Positions 39,118 through 47,934 of a stretch of DNA of 64,000 nt are shown here, one piece after another. A program made the translations under genes and the position numbers. The DNA lies in assembly GCA_963736005.1 (NCBI GenBank), contig CAVTNB010000001.1, positions 1,152,001 to 1,216,000 of the forward strand, written 5' to 3'. The notes beneath the pieces are model-generated. The model was not told the DNA's origin. It worked only from the letters and a program-made list of their open reading frames with translations, and did no database searches. How positions within the stretch are numbered: position 1 is the first letter of the stretch; each line of letters begins with the position of its first letter. This DNA is from an uncultured Pseudomonadota bacterium (GTDB lineage: Bacteria; Vulcanimicrobiota; Vulcanimicrobiia; Eremiobacterales; Eremiobacteraceae).

Positions 39118-39957
39118 TTGCTTTCCCTCATCACGTTTGCGGCTGCCGGGCTGATCTTGTTCGGCGTCAAGAGCGAGCCATCCGCCGCACGGCCGCTCCT
39201 TGGTACGCGACTCGACTCCTATCGGGCAGCGCTCATCAGTGATTCTTTGCTCTTGACGAAGCTCGTGCACAACCGCTTTGCCCCAAGCGACGGACGCCCG
39301 CAATCGTCGATTACGTTCACCAATCCCCGCTTGCTCGTCACGATGCCAAAAAGCGACGAGCTACCGCTGGCGAACGTTGAAGGCCTTTCGATTCGGACCG
39401 AATTTCGTACGCGTCGAAGCGTTCTGTTCGCGGCACCGCTCTTACGCTTCGCCGCCGACCTGCATCCCGGCACGAAGAAGATTCTGCGCGCCGGCACGCC
39501 GACAGTCGTCGCCATCACCGAACGCGTCACGCTCTGGAATACGGTTATCGTCGACCGCCAGATCGTGAACCACACCACACTCCAGCATGCCAGGCCCGCC
39601 GTGATCCTTGCGGCGCCGCCGCGCACTGTGGCGGAAGCGATGGCAATGACAGGATCGCACAAGCTTCTCGCGGTCTACTCGATGGTTGCCACCGCATATA
39701 CGGCCGATTCTGCGCAAGCGTATCCGACTGGCCGCACCGCAACTGGATTACCTGCCCATTACGGTGTGGTGGCGGTCGATCCGCGAATTATTCCCCTCGG
39801 CGCGCATCTCTTCATCGAAGGATACGGAGCAGCGATCGCCGCCGACACCGGCGGTGCGATCATCGGCAACCGAATCGACCTGTGCATGGATTCGTACCAG
39901 CGTGCCATCAGTTGGGGCCGCCAACCCGTCAGAGTGTACGTCCTCAGGAATAAATAG
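39118..39957 (+). CDS. 3D-domain (YabE/Sps-like) cell wall protein; true start may be TTG 39087 with a 1-nt indel
   Basis: ATAYT...TATG...VAVDPRIIPLG...AADTGGAI.GNRIDL; GGAG RBS before 39087; yabE-like position upstream of rsmA. Confidence 0.85.
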   Translation: MLSLITFAAAGLILFGVKSEPSAARPLLGTRLDSYRAALISDSLLLTKLVHNRFAPSDGRPQSSITFTNPRLLVTMPKSDELPLANVEGLSIRTEFRTRRSVLFAAPLLRFAADLHPGTKKILRAGTPTVVAITERVTLWNTVIVDRQIVNHTTLQHARPAVILAAPPRTVAEAMAMTGSHKLLAVYSMVATAYTADSAQAYPTGRTATGLPAHYGVVAVDPRIIPLGAHLFIEGYGAAIAADTGGAIIGNRIDLCMDSYQRAISWGRQPVRVYVLRNK

Positions 39958-39978
39958 GCAGTCGTCGAACACCGCCTC

Positions 39979-40872
39979 ATGGCAGCGGTGCGCGATGATT
40001 TTCCATCACCAAAACAACTGCTCCAAGCGCGGCACTTGCGGCCGCGTAAACGTTTTGGGCAAAACTTTCTCACTGATCCTCGCGTCGCTGAACGCATCGC
40101 GCGTTCGCTGCCGCCCCGCGCTTACGTCCTGGAAATAGGCGGCGGCACGGGCACGCTCACTGCCGCGCTCCTCGAACACACTGCAAATGTCACGACCCTT
40201 GAAATCGATCGTGACCTTGCCGCGATCTTGGAAGAACGCTTTGCCCCACTCGGCGGGCGCCTGCGCATTGTCGCGGGTGACGTCCTCGAATTCGACCTCC
40301 GGGGAGATCTGGCCGGGCAGTTGGCGCCCCGAGCGATCTGCGGCAATCTTCCTTACTACATCACCACGCCCATCATTGAACGGATCTTTGAGGCGGGCGA
40401 TCTGTGGGAATGCGCGATCCTCATGGTGCAACACGAATACGCCCGACGCATGGTCGCTGCCCCAGGAAGCGAACATTACGGGAGCCTCACGGTGTTTGCG
40501 AGCTACTTCGCGCAGGTCGAGAAACTTTTCGACGTCGGCTCGGCCGGGTTTTATCCTCCTCCCGATGTCGCCTCGACCGTTGTCCGACTCACGCCCCGAT
40601 CCGATCGCCACAAGCTCGTCCGCAACGAGCGTTTGCTCCTGTGGCTTATTCGAGCAGCCTTCTCTCACCGGCGCAAGACCTTCGTGAACAGCGTGCTCGC
40701 AAGCATGCGAGGCGGAAACGCGAGTGTTCGAAAGGAATTGGAATCGGCGTTGCGAGCAAGGGGCCTGGATTTTGTCATTCGCGGGGAGCGCCTGACGTTG
40801 GCGGATTTTTGTGAACTTGCCGATACTCTAGCCCAGGGGCCGATACGGGAGCATCAGTGGACGATACACTAG
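39979..40872 (+). CDS. rsmA: 16S rRNA m6,6A dimethyltransferase
   Basis: KRFGQNFL; LEIGGGTG; EID; GNLPYYIT; RRKT; RGERL. Confidence 0.95.
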   Translation: MAAVRDDFPSPKQLLQARHLRPRKRFGQNFLTDPRVAERIARSLPPRAYVLEIGGGTGTLTAALLEHTANVTTLEIDRDLAAILEERFAPLGGRLRIVAGDVLEFDLRGDLAGQLAPRAICGNLPYYITTPIIERIFEAGDLWECAILMVQHEYARRMVAAPGSEHYGSLTVFASYFAQVEKLFDVGSAGFYPPPDVASTVVRLTPRSDRHKLVRNERLLLWLIRAAFSHRRKTFVNSVLASMRGGNASVRKELESALRARGLDFVIRGERLTLADFCELADTLAQGPIREHQWTIH

Positions 40873-41672
40873 ATCACTCAACCTCGCCGGCAGCGGCATC
40901 GCCAACGCCGGCTTTTTTAAGCCCACGCTGGAACGGCTGGATACTGCTCCTCATAAGCCTTGCGGGCATTGTGGCGTTCATCGTGACCCAAACCGTCGTG
41001 TTTGCTACCATTTTTTTCAAGGCGCATCCCGAAGCGCTACGGCTGGGGATGCCTGCCGGTGCGCTTAGTCAATCAGCCATGGTCGATCTGCTCAGCGCGA
41101 AGAATCTCTGGTACATCTCCGTCAGCTCCGAAGTGGTTCTGGCGGTTGTGACTCTGTTTCTCGCAAGAGTCGCGCTGGGCGCCACCGCGGAGCGGCTTGG
41201 TCTTGGGAAGCTGCCGGCCGTGCGGTGGATAGCATTCGGCTTTGCCGTAGGGGTCATTTTGGTCTTCGCGAGTGGTTTGGTTGAAAAGTTACAGGAATTG
41301 GTGTTCGGACCCCAACCGGCACAGTTTCAAGCCTTGGTTCTCGTAAAACATCGCGGCGCTTGGGCATTTTTTCTCGACCTCATGTCCGTGTCGATCGCCG
41401 CGCCGTTTGCCGAAGAGACCTTCTTTCGCGGTCTTCTTTTTACGGGGCTATCGCAGCGCCTCCCCGTTGTGTTTGCCGCCATCATCAGCGCGGCAGCATT
41501 CGGGCTTGCGCACTTCGAGAAGTTCTCTGTGTTGCCGATCTTTGTTATTGGCTTAGGGCTGGCGTACGTGTACTACACCACCAAATCGTTATGGGCGAGC
41601 ATGGTTGCCCATGCAACGGTCAACACCATTTCGCTTGTTGTCGCGTACGTATTTCCCCAACTAGTGAAGTAA
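40857..41672 (+). CDS. CPBP family intramembrane glutamic endopeptidase (CAAX protease)
   Basis: EETFFRG; FGLAH; HATVN; multi-TM. Confidence 0.9.
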   Translation: MDDTLDHSTSPAAASPTPAFLSPRWNGWILLLISLAGIVAFIVTQTVVFATIFFKAHPEALRLGMPAGALSQSAMVDLLSAKNLWYISVSSEVVLAVVTLFLARVALGATAERLGLGKLPAVRWIAFGFAVGVILVFASGLVEKLQELVFGPQPAQFQALVLVKHRGAWAFFLDLMSVSIAAPFAEETFFRGLLFTGLSQRLPVVFAAIISAAAFGLAHFEKFSVLPIFVIGLGLAYVYYTTKSLWASMVAHATVNTISLVVAYVFPQLVK

Positions 41673-42653
41673 GCGGGTAATCGCCGCAATATACCCCAGA
41701 TAGAACAGTCCGGCGATGGCAAAGGCGAGTGGCTCAACTCGCTTGCGTACCAGCATGGAAACAATCACGATGCCCACCGCGATCAGTGTTGCGCCGGCAG
41801 CGGCATAGGCGCTCGTTTGCAGCTGCCAGGGTGTCGCAAGCATGGCGATGGCGCACGTTATCGACGTTTGGAACATCATGGCGCCGATGACGTTGGCCAG
41901 CGCCAAACTATCTTCTCGTCGACCCATCCAGAGAATGACATTGCTTGCCTCAGGCAGCTCGGTCGCAATGGGGCTTAAGAACAATGACACGATAAACGGC
42001 ATGAGACCAAGCGCGGTTGCGGCAGCGCCGACGGTCACGACGAACCAGCGCGAGGCGAAGACCGTCACGCCAAGCGCGATAGCGAGTTGTAAAATAACCG
42101 CAGCGGTTGGCGGCTCTCGCAAAAAAGGCGCAAGGCGCAATCGAGGCGGCGATGGTTCGGATTCTAGCTGTTCGGAGCGCAGATGATAGAACAAGTAGAT
42201 CGCGTACGCCGCAAGGACGATGCACGCTGCGATCGCGTGCACCACAAAGCTGTGGACAAAGGACGCTGCCAAAGCCAGCGCAAACGTGGCAAAGAAAAGG
42301 CTGGCGCCGAATAGCGTCGGCTTCACTGGAACGACCAATGAGGAAGCCTGTGGGGTTTTTCTGCGCATGAGCGCGATCACTCCAATGAGACTGAAGACGA
42401 CTGTGCCCAGCATGAACGGCGCACCCAAGACCGCGCCAATCCCAATCTCTTGGCTGCGCGCATCCCGTAGGACGAGCAGCGCAACGATCGCAACAACGCT
42501 CTCGGGCAAAGAGGAGCCGATCGCGGCAATCACGGCCCCCGCCGCGCTGCGCGTCAAATTGAGCTTCACTCCCAGCCACTCGACTGCGTTGGTGAATGCG
42601 TCGCTCGCCACGAGGACGAGCACGAGTGTTGCTGCGAGCTGCACGACCAGCAC
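41661..42653 (-). CDS. Sodium:calcium antiporter family protein
   Basis: Alpha repeats AIGSSLPE and IATELPE; multi-TM; start chosen at GTG (VLVVQL). Confidence 0.85.
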   Translation of the reverse strand: MLVVQLAATLVLVLVASDAFTNAVEWLGVKLNLTRSAAGAVIAAIGSSLPESVVAIVALLVLRDARSQEIGIGAVLGAPFMLGTVVFSLIGVIALMRRKTPQASSLVVPVKPTLFGASLFFATFALALAASFVHSFVVHAIAACIVLAAYAIYLFYHLRSEQLESEPSPPRLRLAPFLREPPTAAVILQLAIALGVTVFASRWFVVTVGAAATALGLMPFIVSLFLSPIATELPEASNVILWMGRREDSLALANVIGAMMFQTSITCAIAMLATPWQLQTSAYAAAGATLIAVGIVIVSMLVRKRVEPLAFAIAGLFYLGYIAAITRLLH

Positions 42654-42701
42654 GGGCCGGGCTTTATCGCTCTTCCAGGGCTTCCCTTTGGGGCATTTGA
42701 C

Positions 42702-43835
42702 GTGCATATCGCCGTAGACGCGGCGAATCTGCTCCACGACCGGCGCGGCATTGGCCGCTACGCGCGCGCCTTGTTGCGTCGTTTTTGCGCACCCAGCGCT
42801 GATGACGTGCACGTGACCTTGCTGTTGCCGCACCTCTGGCCGTCACTCGTGCGCGGCCGGCTGGCCGACATGCTTGGCGTCCGCCAGGTTGAGGTGTGCA
42901 AACGCCGCGATGTTGTTAGTTTGGATCCCGACCTCGTTTGGTACCCTTGGAGTGGGATGACGTGGGTGTCACCGCTGCCGAGTATTGCGACCGTTCATGA
43001 CGTCTATCCGTTTGCTGCTCCCGCTGAAGACATGCGTAAACGGCGCAATGAGCAGATTCCCTTTCGGACGACTGCTTCGCATGCGAGCGTCATCATCACC
43101 GATTCGAATTTCTCCAAGAGCGAAATTACAAGACATCTCCTCGTACACCCAGAGCAGGTGCGCGTCGTCCACTTGGGTGTCGATGCCGAATTGCAGAGCG
43201 GACCTAAAGGTCCGCTGCTACAGGGCTCAATGTTGTTGGAGGGTGCGTCGCGCTACGTCTTGTTCGTCGGGGAAAGCGAGCAACGCAAGGATCTGGCGAC
43301 GTTACAGGCGGCCATGCACCTGCTGCCGGACGCGCTTCGAATGACGACGGGCCTCGTCATCGCAGGCAAGCCGGGCCGCGCGCTCGCTGCACGCGGGCGA
43401 TTGGATTCCGGAAGGCATCAAGGCAGGCAGGTGCGCGTGTTGCGCTTCGAGCGCGCCGAATCCATACCAACACTTGTGACCGGCGAAGTCAGTGATACGC
43501 TGTTGCAACAGCTCTATGCGGGTGCGGCAGCGTTCGCGTTCCCATCGCGTTACGAAGGATTTGGTCTGCCGGTCCTTGAGGCGATGGCCCAGGGCATTCC
43601 TGTGGTGGCGTCGGACGCCGCGAGCGTGCCCGAAGTCGCGGGCGACGCGGCCCTCTACTTTGCGCCGGGCGACTCGGGCGGCTTAGCAGGGGCGCTGACG
43701 CGCGTCATCTCAGACCATGCGCTCGCCGCGCAGTTGCGAGCTGGAGGTCTTGCGCGCGCAGCAATCATGACGTGGGACCGCTGCGCCGCTGAAACGTTGG
43801 CGATCTTTCGGGAGGTCGTGGGCCGGCAACCATAA
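42702..43835 (+). CDS. GT4 glycosyltransferase (MtfB/WbpY-like)
   Basis: RGIGRY; TVHD; RK; FPSRYEGFGLPVLEAMA. Confidence 0.9.
   Translation: MHIAVDAANLLHDRRGIGRYARALLRRFCAPSADDVHVTLLLPHLWPSLVRGRLADMLGVRQVEVCKRRDVVSLDPDLVWYPWSGMTWVSPLPSIATVHDVYPFAAPAEDMRKRRNEQIPFRTTASHASVIITDSNFSKSEITRHLLVHPEQVRVVHLGVDAELQSGPKGPLLQGSMLLEGASRYVLFVGESEQRKDLATLQAAMHLLPDALRMTTGLVIAGKPGRALAARGRLDSGRHQGRQVRVLRFERAESIPTLVTGEVSDTLLQQLYAGAAAFAFPSRYEGFGLPVLEAMAQGIPVVASDAASVPEVAGDAALYFAPGDSGGLAGALTRVISDHALAAQLRAGGLARAAIMTWDRCAAETLAIFREVVGRQP
43197..43222 (-). repeat. REP family A inside the glycosyltransferase ORF
   Basis: AGCGGACCTAAAGGTCCGCTGCTACA, identical to 37504-37529 and 58046-58071. Confidence 0.9.
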
Positions 43836-43867
43836 ACGACGCGCCAACAAATTCGCGCGAACGACAG

Positions 43868-44482
43868 TTAGACTTCGAGGTTTTGACCGAGTCGCAGCTG
43901 ACGAATCATGTCTTGGCCGCGAACGGGCGTCAAGAGCGCAGCCATGACGGCTCCGCAGATGACCCCGCCAATGTGTGCCGCATTGGAGATGTTCGGGTTG
44001 AAAAACCCGTACCCGAGCGTCAAGATAATTGGCACGATCGCAGCCTGGGCCAACTCACGCCGCAAGGGCGGGAGCTTGATCGCAAGAATGCCCATGGCGC
44101 CGAACACGCCCATAATAGCACCCGAGGCGCCAGCTGTGACGTCGTTGGTACCGATGGTGTAGAAATACGCAGCGATACCGCCACCGATGAGAGCCACAGT
44201 GTAAATCATCGCATAGCGCGACGAACCGTAGACATATTCCACGAACACGCCCGCTTGGAAAAGCGCGTACGAGTTGAACAAGATGTGGACAATATTAAAG
44301 TGCAAGAAACCATAAGTAATGAGGCGCCACCACTGGCCCTGCAAGACCAACGTTGGAATGATCGCGCCCCCAGCCATAAACTGTCCAATGGCTGCCCCGT
44401 GTGCGGACAACCTATCCAACAAGAAGACCATCCAAAAGATAAAAAGCATGGCCGTGGTGAACGGCGCGCCGCGGGGATTCAC
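43868..44482 (-). CDS. Rhomboid family intramembrane serine protease
   Basis: WWRLIT..FLH...HILFN; GASG; AHIGG. Confidence 0.92.
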   Translation of the reverse strand: MNPRGAPFTTAMLFIFWMVFLLDRLSAHGAAIGQFMAGGAIIPTLVLQGQWWRLITYGFLHFNIVHILFNSYALFQAGVFVEYVYGSSRYAMIYTVALIGGGIAAYFYTIGTNDVTAGASGAIMGVFGAMGILAIKLPPLRRELAQAAIVPIILTLGYGFFNPNISNAAHIGGVICGAVMAALLTPVRGQDMIRQLRLGQNLEV

Positions 44483-44488
44483 GATCCG

Positions 44489-44514
44489 AGCGGACCTGAA
44501 GGTCCGCTGCTACA
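44489..44514 (-). repeat. REP family A
   Basis: AGCGGACCTGAAGGTCCGCTGCTACA. Confidence 0.85.
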
Positions 44515-44519
44515 TTGAT

Positions 44520-45473
44520 TCATGATGCGAGCGCCTCTTTGATGCCGGCGCAGAGAAGCGGGATCATGATCTCGTGGTGCCCCGTGAACATGTACCCCTT
44601 GCCACCGTCGAGGTGAGGGCGGGTGACCACGTTGGTTCGTGGACGATAATGGCGAATGAAATCGAAATCTGCCGTCACGAACTGCCCCCGATATCCGAGG
44701 TTGCGCGCCACGGAGAGTGCTTTAAGAAAGGTTTCCGGCATGATAACGCTTGAGCCGAAGTTGAGATAGACGCCGCCGTCTGTCAGTCCTGCAACGGCGT
44801 CGCTAAAAAGGCGAAAATCGAGCAGCGTAGCTGCGCCGAGTGCGGCGCCATCCGCTTGCGGATGCATGTGGACGATGTCGGTGCCAATGGCCACATGAAC
44901 GGTCACCGGCACGTCCAGTACGGCACCTTGCGCGAGAATAGAGACGCTGGCATTCGCGCCAGTGCGCCGCACGAGCGCGAGCCCAAGTGCCCGACCTAAT
45001 CCAACCTTCGGACCCTCGCTGTTGATCGCACCCAAAATGAAGTCTGCCGTGTCGCCTGACATACCGAATGAGCCGTCGCGCAACGCCTCATCCACATCTT
45101 CCGAGGTTTTGCCTGCCAGTGCAAGTTCAACGTCGTGAATGCAAATAGAACCGTTGCCCGCAACCGCATTGATGACGCCAGATTTCATCAAATCGATGAT
45201 CACCGGCGCCAATCCTGTCTTGATGACATGCCCACCGATGCCGATCGCGATCACTTTCCCGGCGCGATGGGCCGTCACGATGTCGTTGACGAGCGCGCGA
45301 AGGTCGCGGGCTGCTAAAATATCTGGCAAGCCGCGCCAAAAAGCCGCAAATGAATCGCCAGCATGCGCAGGAATTCCAAGCGCGTCAGCGCTGACTTTCG
45401 AAGGGCGCGCTGACAACGCCGTGAGTCGCAGTTTGGACAGGTCGAGCGCAGGGATTCGCGGCTTAGGACTCAA
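44520..45473 (-). CDS. Conserved hypothetical protein, possible deoxyhypusine-synthase-like NAD-binding fold
   Basis: GGHVIKTG, IHDVE...TSEDV, GTDIVHMHP, GSSVIMPE, YRP, GHHE; family recognition from memory. Confidence 0.65.
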   Translation of the reverse strand: MSPKPRIPALDLSKLRLTALSARPSKVSADALGIPAHAGDSFAAFWRGLPDILAARDLRALVNDIVTAHRAGKVIAIGIGGHVIKTGLAPVIIDLMKSGVINAVAGNGSICIHDVELALAGKTSEDVDEALRDGSFGMSGDTADFILGAINSEGPKVGLGRALGLALVRRTGANASVSILAQGAVLDVPVTVHVAIGTDIVHMHPQADGAALGAATLLDFRLFSDAVAGLTDGGVYLNFGSSVIMPETFLKALSVARNLGYRGQFVTADFDFIRHYRPRTNVVTRPHLDGGKGYMFTGHHEIMIPLLCAGIKEALAS

Positions 45474-45505
45474 CGGCTGAGAGCCTCCTTGTCGATCGTG
45501 GGAGT

Positions 45506-45532
45506 GGGGCGATTTTCCAATCGTCCCCTACA
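45506..45532 (-). repeat. REP family B overlapping a stop codon
   Basis: GGGGCGATTTTCCAATCGTCCC-CTACA. Confidence 0.75.
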
Positions 45533-46613
45533 GATCCCGGAGATACGCCTCGATAAGCGCTTCGAACTTCGCCCGAAACGCTTCCGGTGAAAATTTCTGG
45601 GCGTGCATGCGCAAGTGCTGCTGGTCGAAATGCGCTCCATCCAGCGCTTGCAAGGCTTGTGCCAAAGCACGAGCATTCGGTTCGCGAAAGAACAACCCAG
45701 TCTCGCCTTCCACGACCGTTTCGAGCGCCCCTCCGGCTGCAAATGCAACCGTCGGACGACCCGCGGCCGCTGCCTCGAGCGGCACGAGTCCGAAATCTTC
45801 AATGCCCGGTACGATGAGCGCCTTTGCGCCGCCGATGAGACGGCGGCGCGTGACGTCATCAACAAACCCCACGAAGTCAATCGTCGGACCCGCAATGCTG
45901 CGAAGCCGACGCTCGTCTGGCCCACGACCTGCGACGAAAAGTTTTGCGGACAAGAGATTGCAGGCTTCAATCGCAAGCTGAACGCGTTTGTACGGCAACA
46001 GGCGGCTCATCACGACATAGTAATCGCCGGGCGGATCGGCAACGTTGAATCCGCCGACGTCTGCTGGACAGTGCACGACGTCGCTTTTCCTGCCGTAGAT
46101 AGCCGCGATGCGTTCTTGGACATTGTGCGAGTTTGCGATCAAATGATGAGGCCGCTGCGCCGCTGCCCAATCCCAGCGCCGCAGCCAGGGCCGAACGGCT
46201 GCAAGCGCTGGTCGAAAGAGGGCGGGCGTTACCTCGCGCTCGTACTCTTGCGGATACCAAAGAAAGCGGGTCGGCGTGTTGATGTAGCAGACGTGCAAGG
46301 TTCGATCCGGCACCCGTATGCCTTTGGCAAACGAGGTCGTTGAGGAAATGACAAGGTCGAACCCGCGCAGATCGAGTGATTCAAATGCGCGCGGATAGAG
46401 CGGCAACAGTGCCCGAAAATTGTGGACAGCGCCTGGCATCCGCTGGAGAAAGCTCGTTCGCACTTCGATGTCGTGAAATGCGCCGCCGAACGCCGCGGGA
46501 TCGTAGAGCGAGGTATACACGGGGGCTGCCGGATACATCTTTTGCATCTCGAGCAGAACCCGCTCCGCCCCGCCGAACTGCGTTAAGTAGTCGTGGACGA
46601 AGGCCACGCGCAC
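45528..46613 (-). CDS. GT4 glycosyltransferase (WbaZ-like)
   Basis: VAFVHDYLTQFGGAERV; SRLLPYKR; EDFGLVPLEA. Confidence 0.9.
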   Translation of the reverse strand: MRVAFVHDYLTQFGGAERVLLEMQKMYPAAPVYTSLYDPAAFGGAFHDIEVRTSFLQRMPGAVHNFRALLPLYPRAFESLDLRGFDLVISSTTSFAKGIRVPDRTLHVCYINTPTRFLWYPQEYEREVTPALFRPALAAVRPWLRRWDWAAAQRPHHLIANSHNVQERIAAIYGRKSDVVHCPADVGGFNVADPPGDYYVVMSRLLPYKRVQLAIEACNLLSAKLFVAGRGPDERRLRSIAGPTIDFVGFVDDVTRRRLIGGAKALIVPGIEDFGLVPLEAAAAGRPTVAFAAGGALETVVEGETGLFFREPNARALAQALQALDGAHFDQQHLRMHAQKFSPEAFRAKFEALIEAYLRDL

Positions 46614-46623
46614 GGAAGAGGTA

Positions 46624-47934
46624 CTATTGGGCTTGCGCGGGCAAAACGATGGCGATCGTCTCTTTGGTGAAGTAGTGCCGCGCCACTCGTTGAATGTCAC
46701 TTGCTTTGACGGCGAGGATTCGCTGAGGAATCAGGTTTTCAAATGCCAGACCCTCTGGCGATCCAACGGATCGGCCTAAGAGCCAAGCCTGCTCGCTCAA
46801 CGTTGTGGCGCCGAGGTAGTAGTCGCCAAGCGCGCTGCGCTTGGCCTCGTCGATCATTGGCGCAGCAAGCGTTGCTCCTCGCAGCCGCGCGATCCCCGTT
46901 TCAAGGTCGCGCACGGATTGATCGAGGTTCGCTGTGTCGCCGCCCAGGAAGACGATCATGCTACCGGGCGTCACCTCATATTGATAGAACGCGCCCACAT
47001 AGTCATCCGGCACGGGCGCAGCTGACGAGAAGGCAAAAGAGTGCACATCGCCCGCTCCTCCCAGTAGTGCTTCAATAACGAGCATCGTTGCAAAGTCTGA
47101 AGAGTACTGGTCAGGAGCTTGGTACGCTACCGCGATCCAAGGAGCTGGCACGCTGCGGTGCGCAACGACTTGGTGCATTCGGTCGACTTGCTTGGGGGCG
47201 GGCGCCATGTTGGCAGCCCCGGCTGAAAAACTCCCAAACTCTCGTGCCGCTGCGTCGAGCGCTGCCTGGTTGACGGCCCCCTCGAGAGCAACCACCGTTC
47301 CACTCCCACGGCGATAGGAAGTGGCGAACGTTCCGACGTCTGCGCGCGACAGGCGCGCGAGCGTTAATGCGCTGCCTTGATCGGGCAAGGCAAAGCCATT
47401 CCCGCTGTAGTTGACTTGGCGCACCATCGCGTAGGCCACTTCGATAGGATTTTGCGTCATTGACTGTGCGGCATCCAGCGTCTTGGTTCGTTGGACCTCG
47501 ATGCCTGACACATCGGGGCTCGAGACAGCCATGCGAAAGTCATGCAGCAAGCGCGGAAAGTCGGCGTCGCGGCATTCGAGGTAAAAACGCGTATCGAGCG
47601 GATCGAGTGTGTACGAAATCGAGCCACCTGCGTTCGTCACCGCGTCAAGCAGCGTCGTCGAGCCTTCTACAGGAGTCCCAAGGACGAGCGCTGCGGCAAT
47701 GGCGGCGACCCCGGCTTTGTCCGTGGCTTGCTGGGCCAGACCGGCGGGCAAGAAAATTTGCGCACCAATGAGCGGCATATCATTCGAGGGTTGACTTGCA
47801 ATGACAACGCCATTGGGCAGTTTTTGCTCGGTCGCGGGGGAAAAAGAGCGAACGATGGTGTTGGGAGCCTGCGCGGCGCCGAGCAACACGATGGCAGCCG
47901 AGGCCACGATAATCGCCCCTAGAGTATTCTTCAT
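46624..47934 (-). CDS. M16 peptidase-like secreted protein lacking HxxEH
   Basis: Signal peptide; LPNGVV; AGVAAIAAAL at the zinc-motif position; C-terminal V.ASDIQRVARHYF. Confidence 0.75.
   Translation of the reverse strand: MKNTLGAIIVASAAIVLLGAAQAPNTIVRSFSPATEQKLPNGVVIASQPSNDMPLIGAQIFLPAGLAQQATDKAGVAAIAAALVLGTPVEGSTTLLDAVTNAGGSISYTLDPLDTRFYLECRDADFPRLLHDFRMAVSSPDVSGIEVQRTKTLDAAQSMTQNPIEVAYAMVRQVNYSGNGFALPDQGSALTLARLSRADVGTFATSYRRGSGTVVALEGAVNQAALDAAAREFGSFSAGAANMAPAPKQVDRMHQVVAHRSVPAPWIAVAYQAPDQYSSDFATMLVIEALLGGAGDVHSFAFSSAAPVPDDYVGAFYQYEVTPGSMIVFLGGDTANLDQSVRDLETGIARLRGATLAAPMIDEAKRSALGDYYLGATTLSEQAWLLGRSVGSPEGLAFENLIPQRILAVKASDIQRVARHYFTKETIAIVLPAQAQ

Noticed and set aside
43840..43860. 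Additional family C REP between convergent genes
   Set aside because: The palindrome is degenerate (CGCGCCAACAAATTCGCGCG) and has no GTAG tag; not counted
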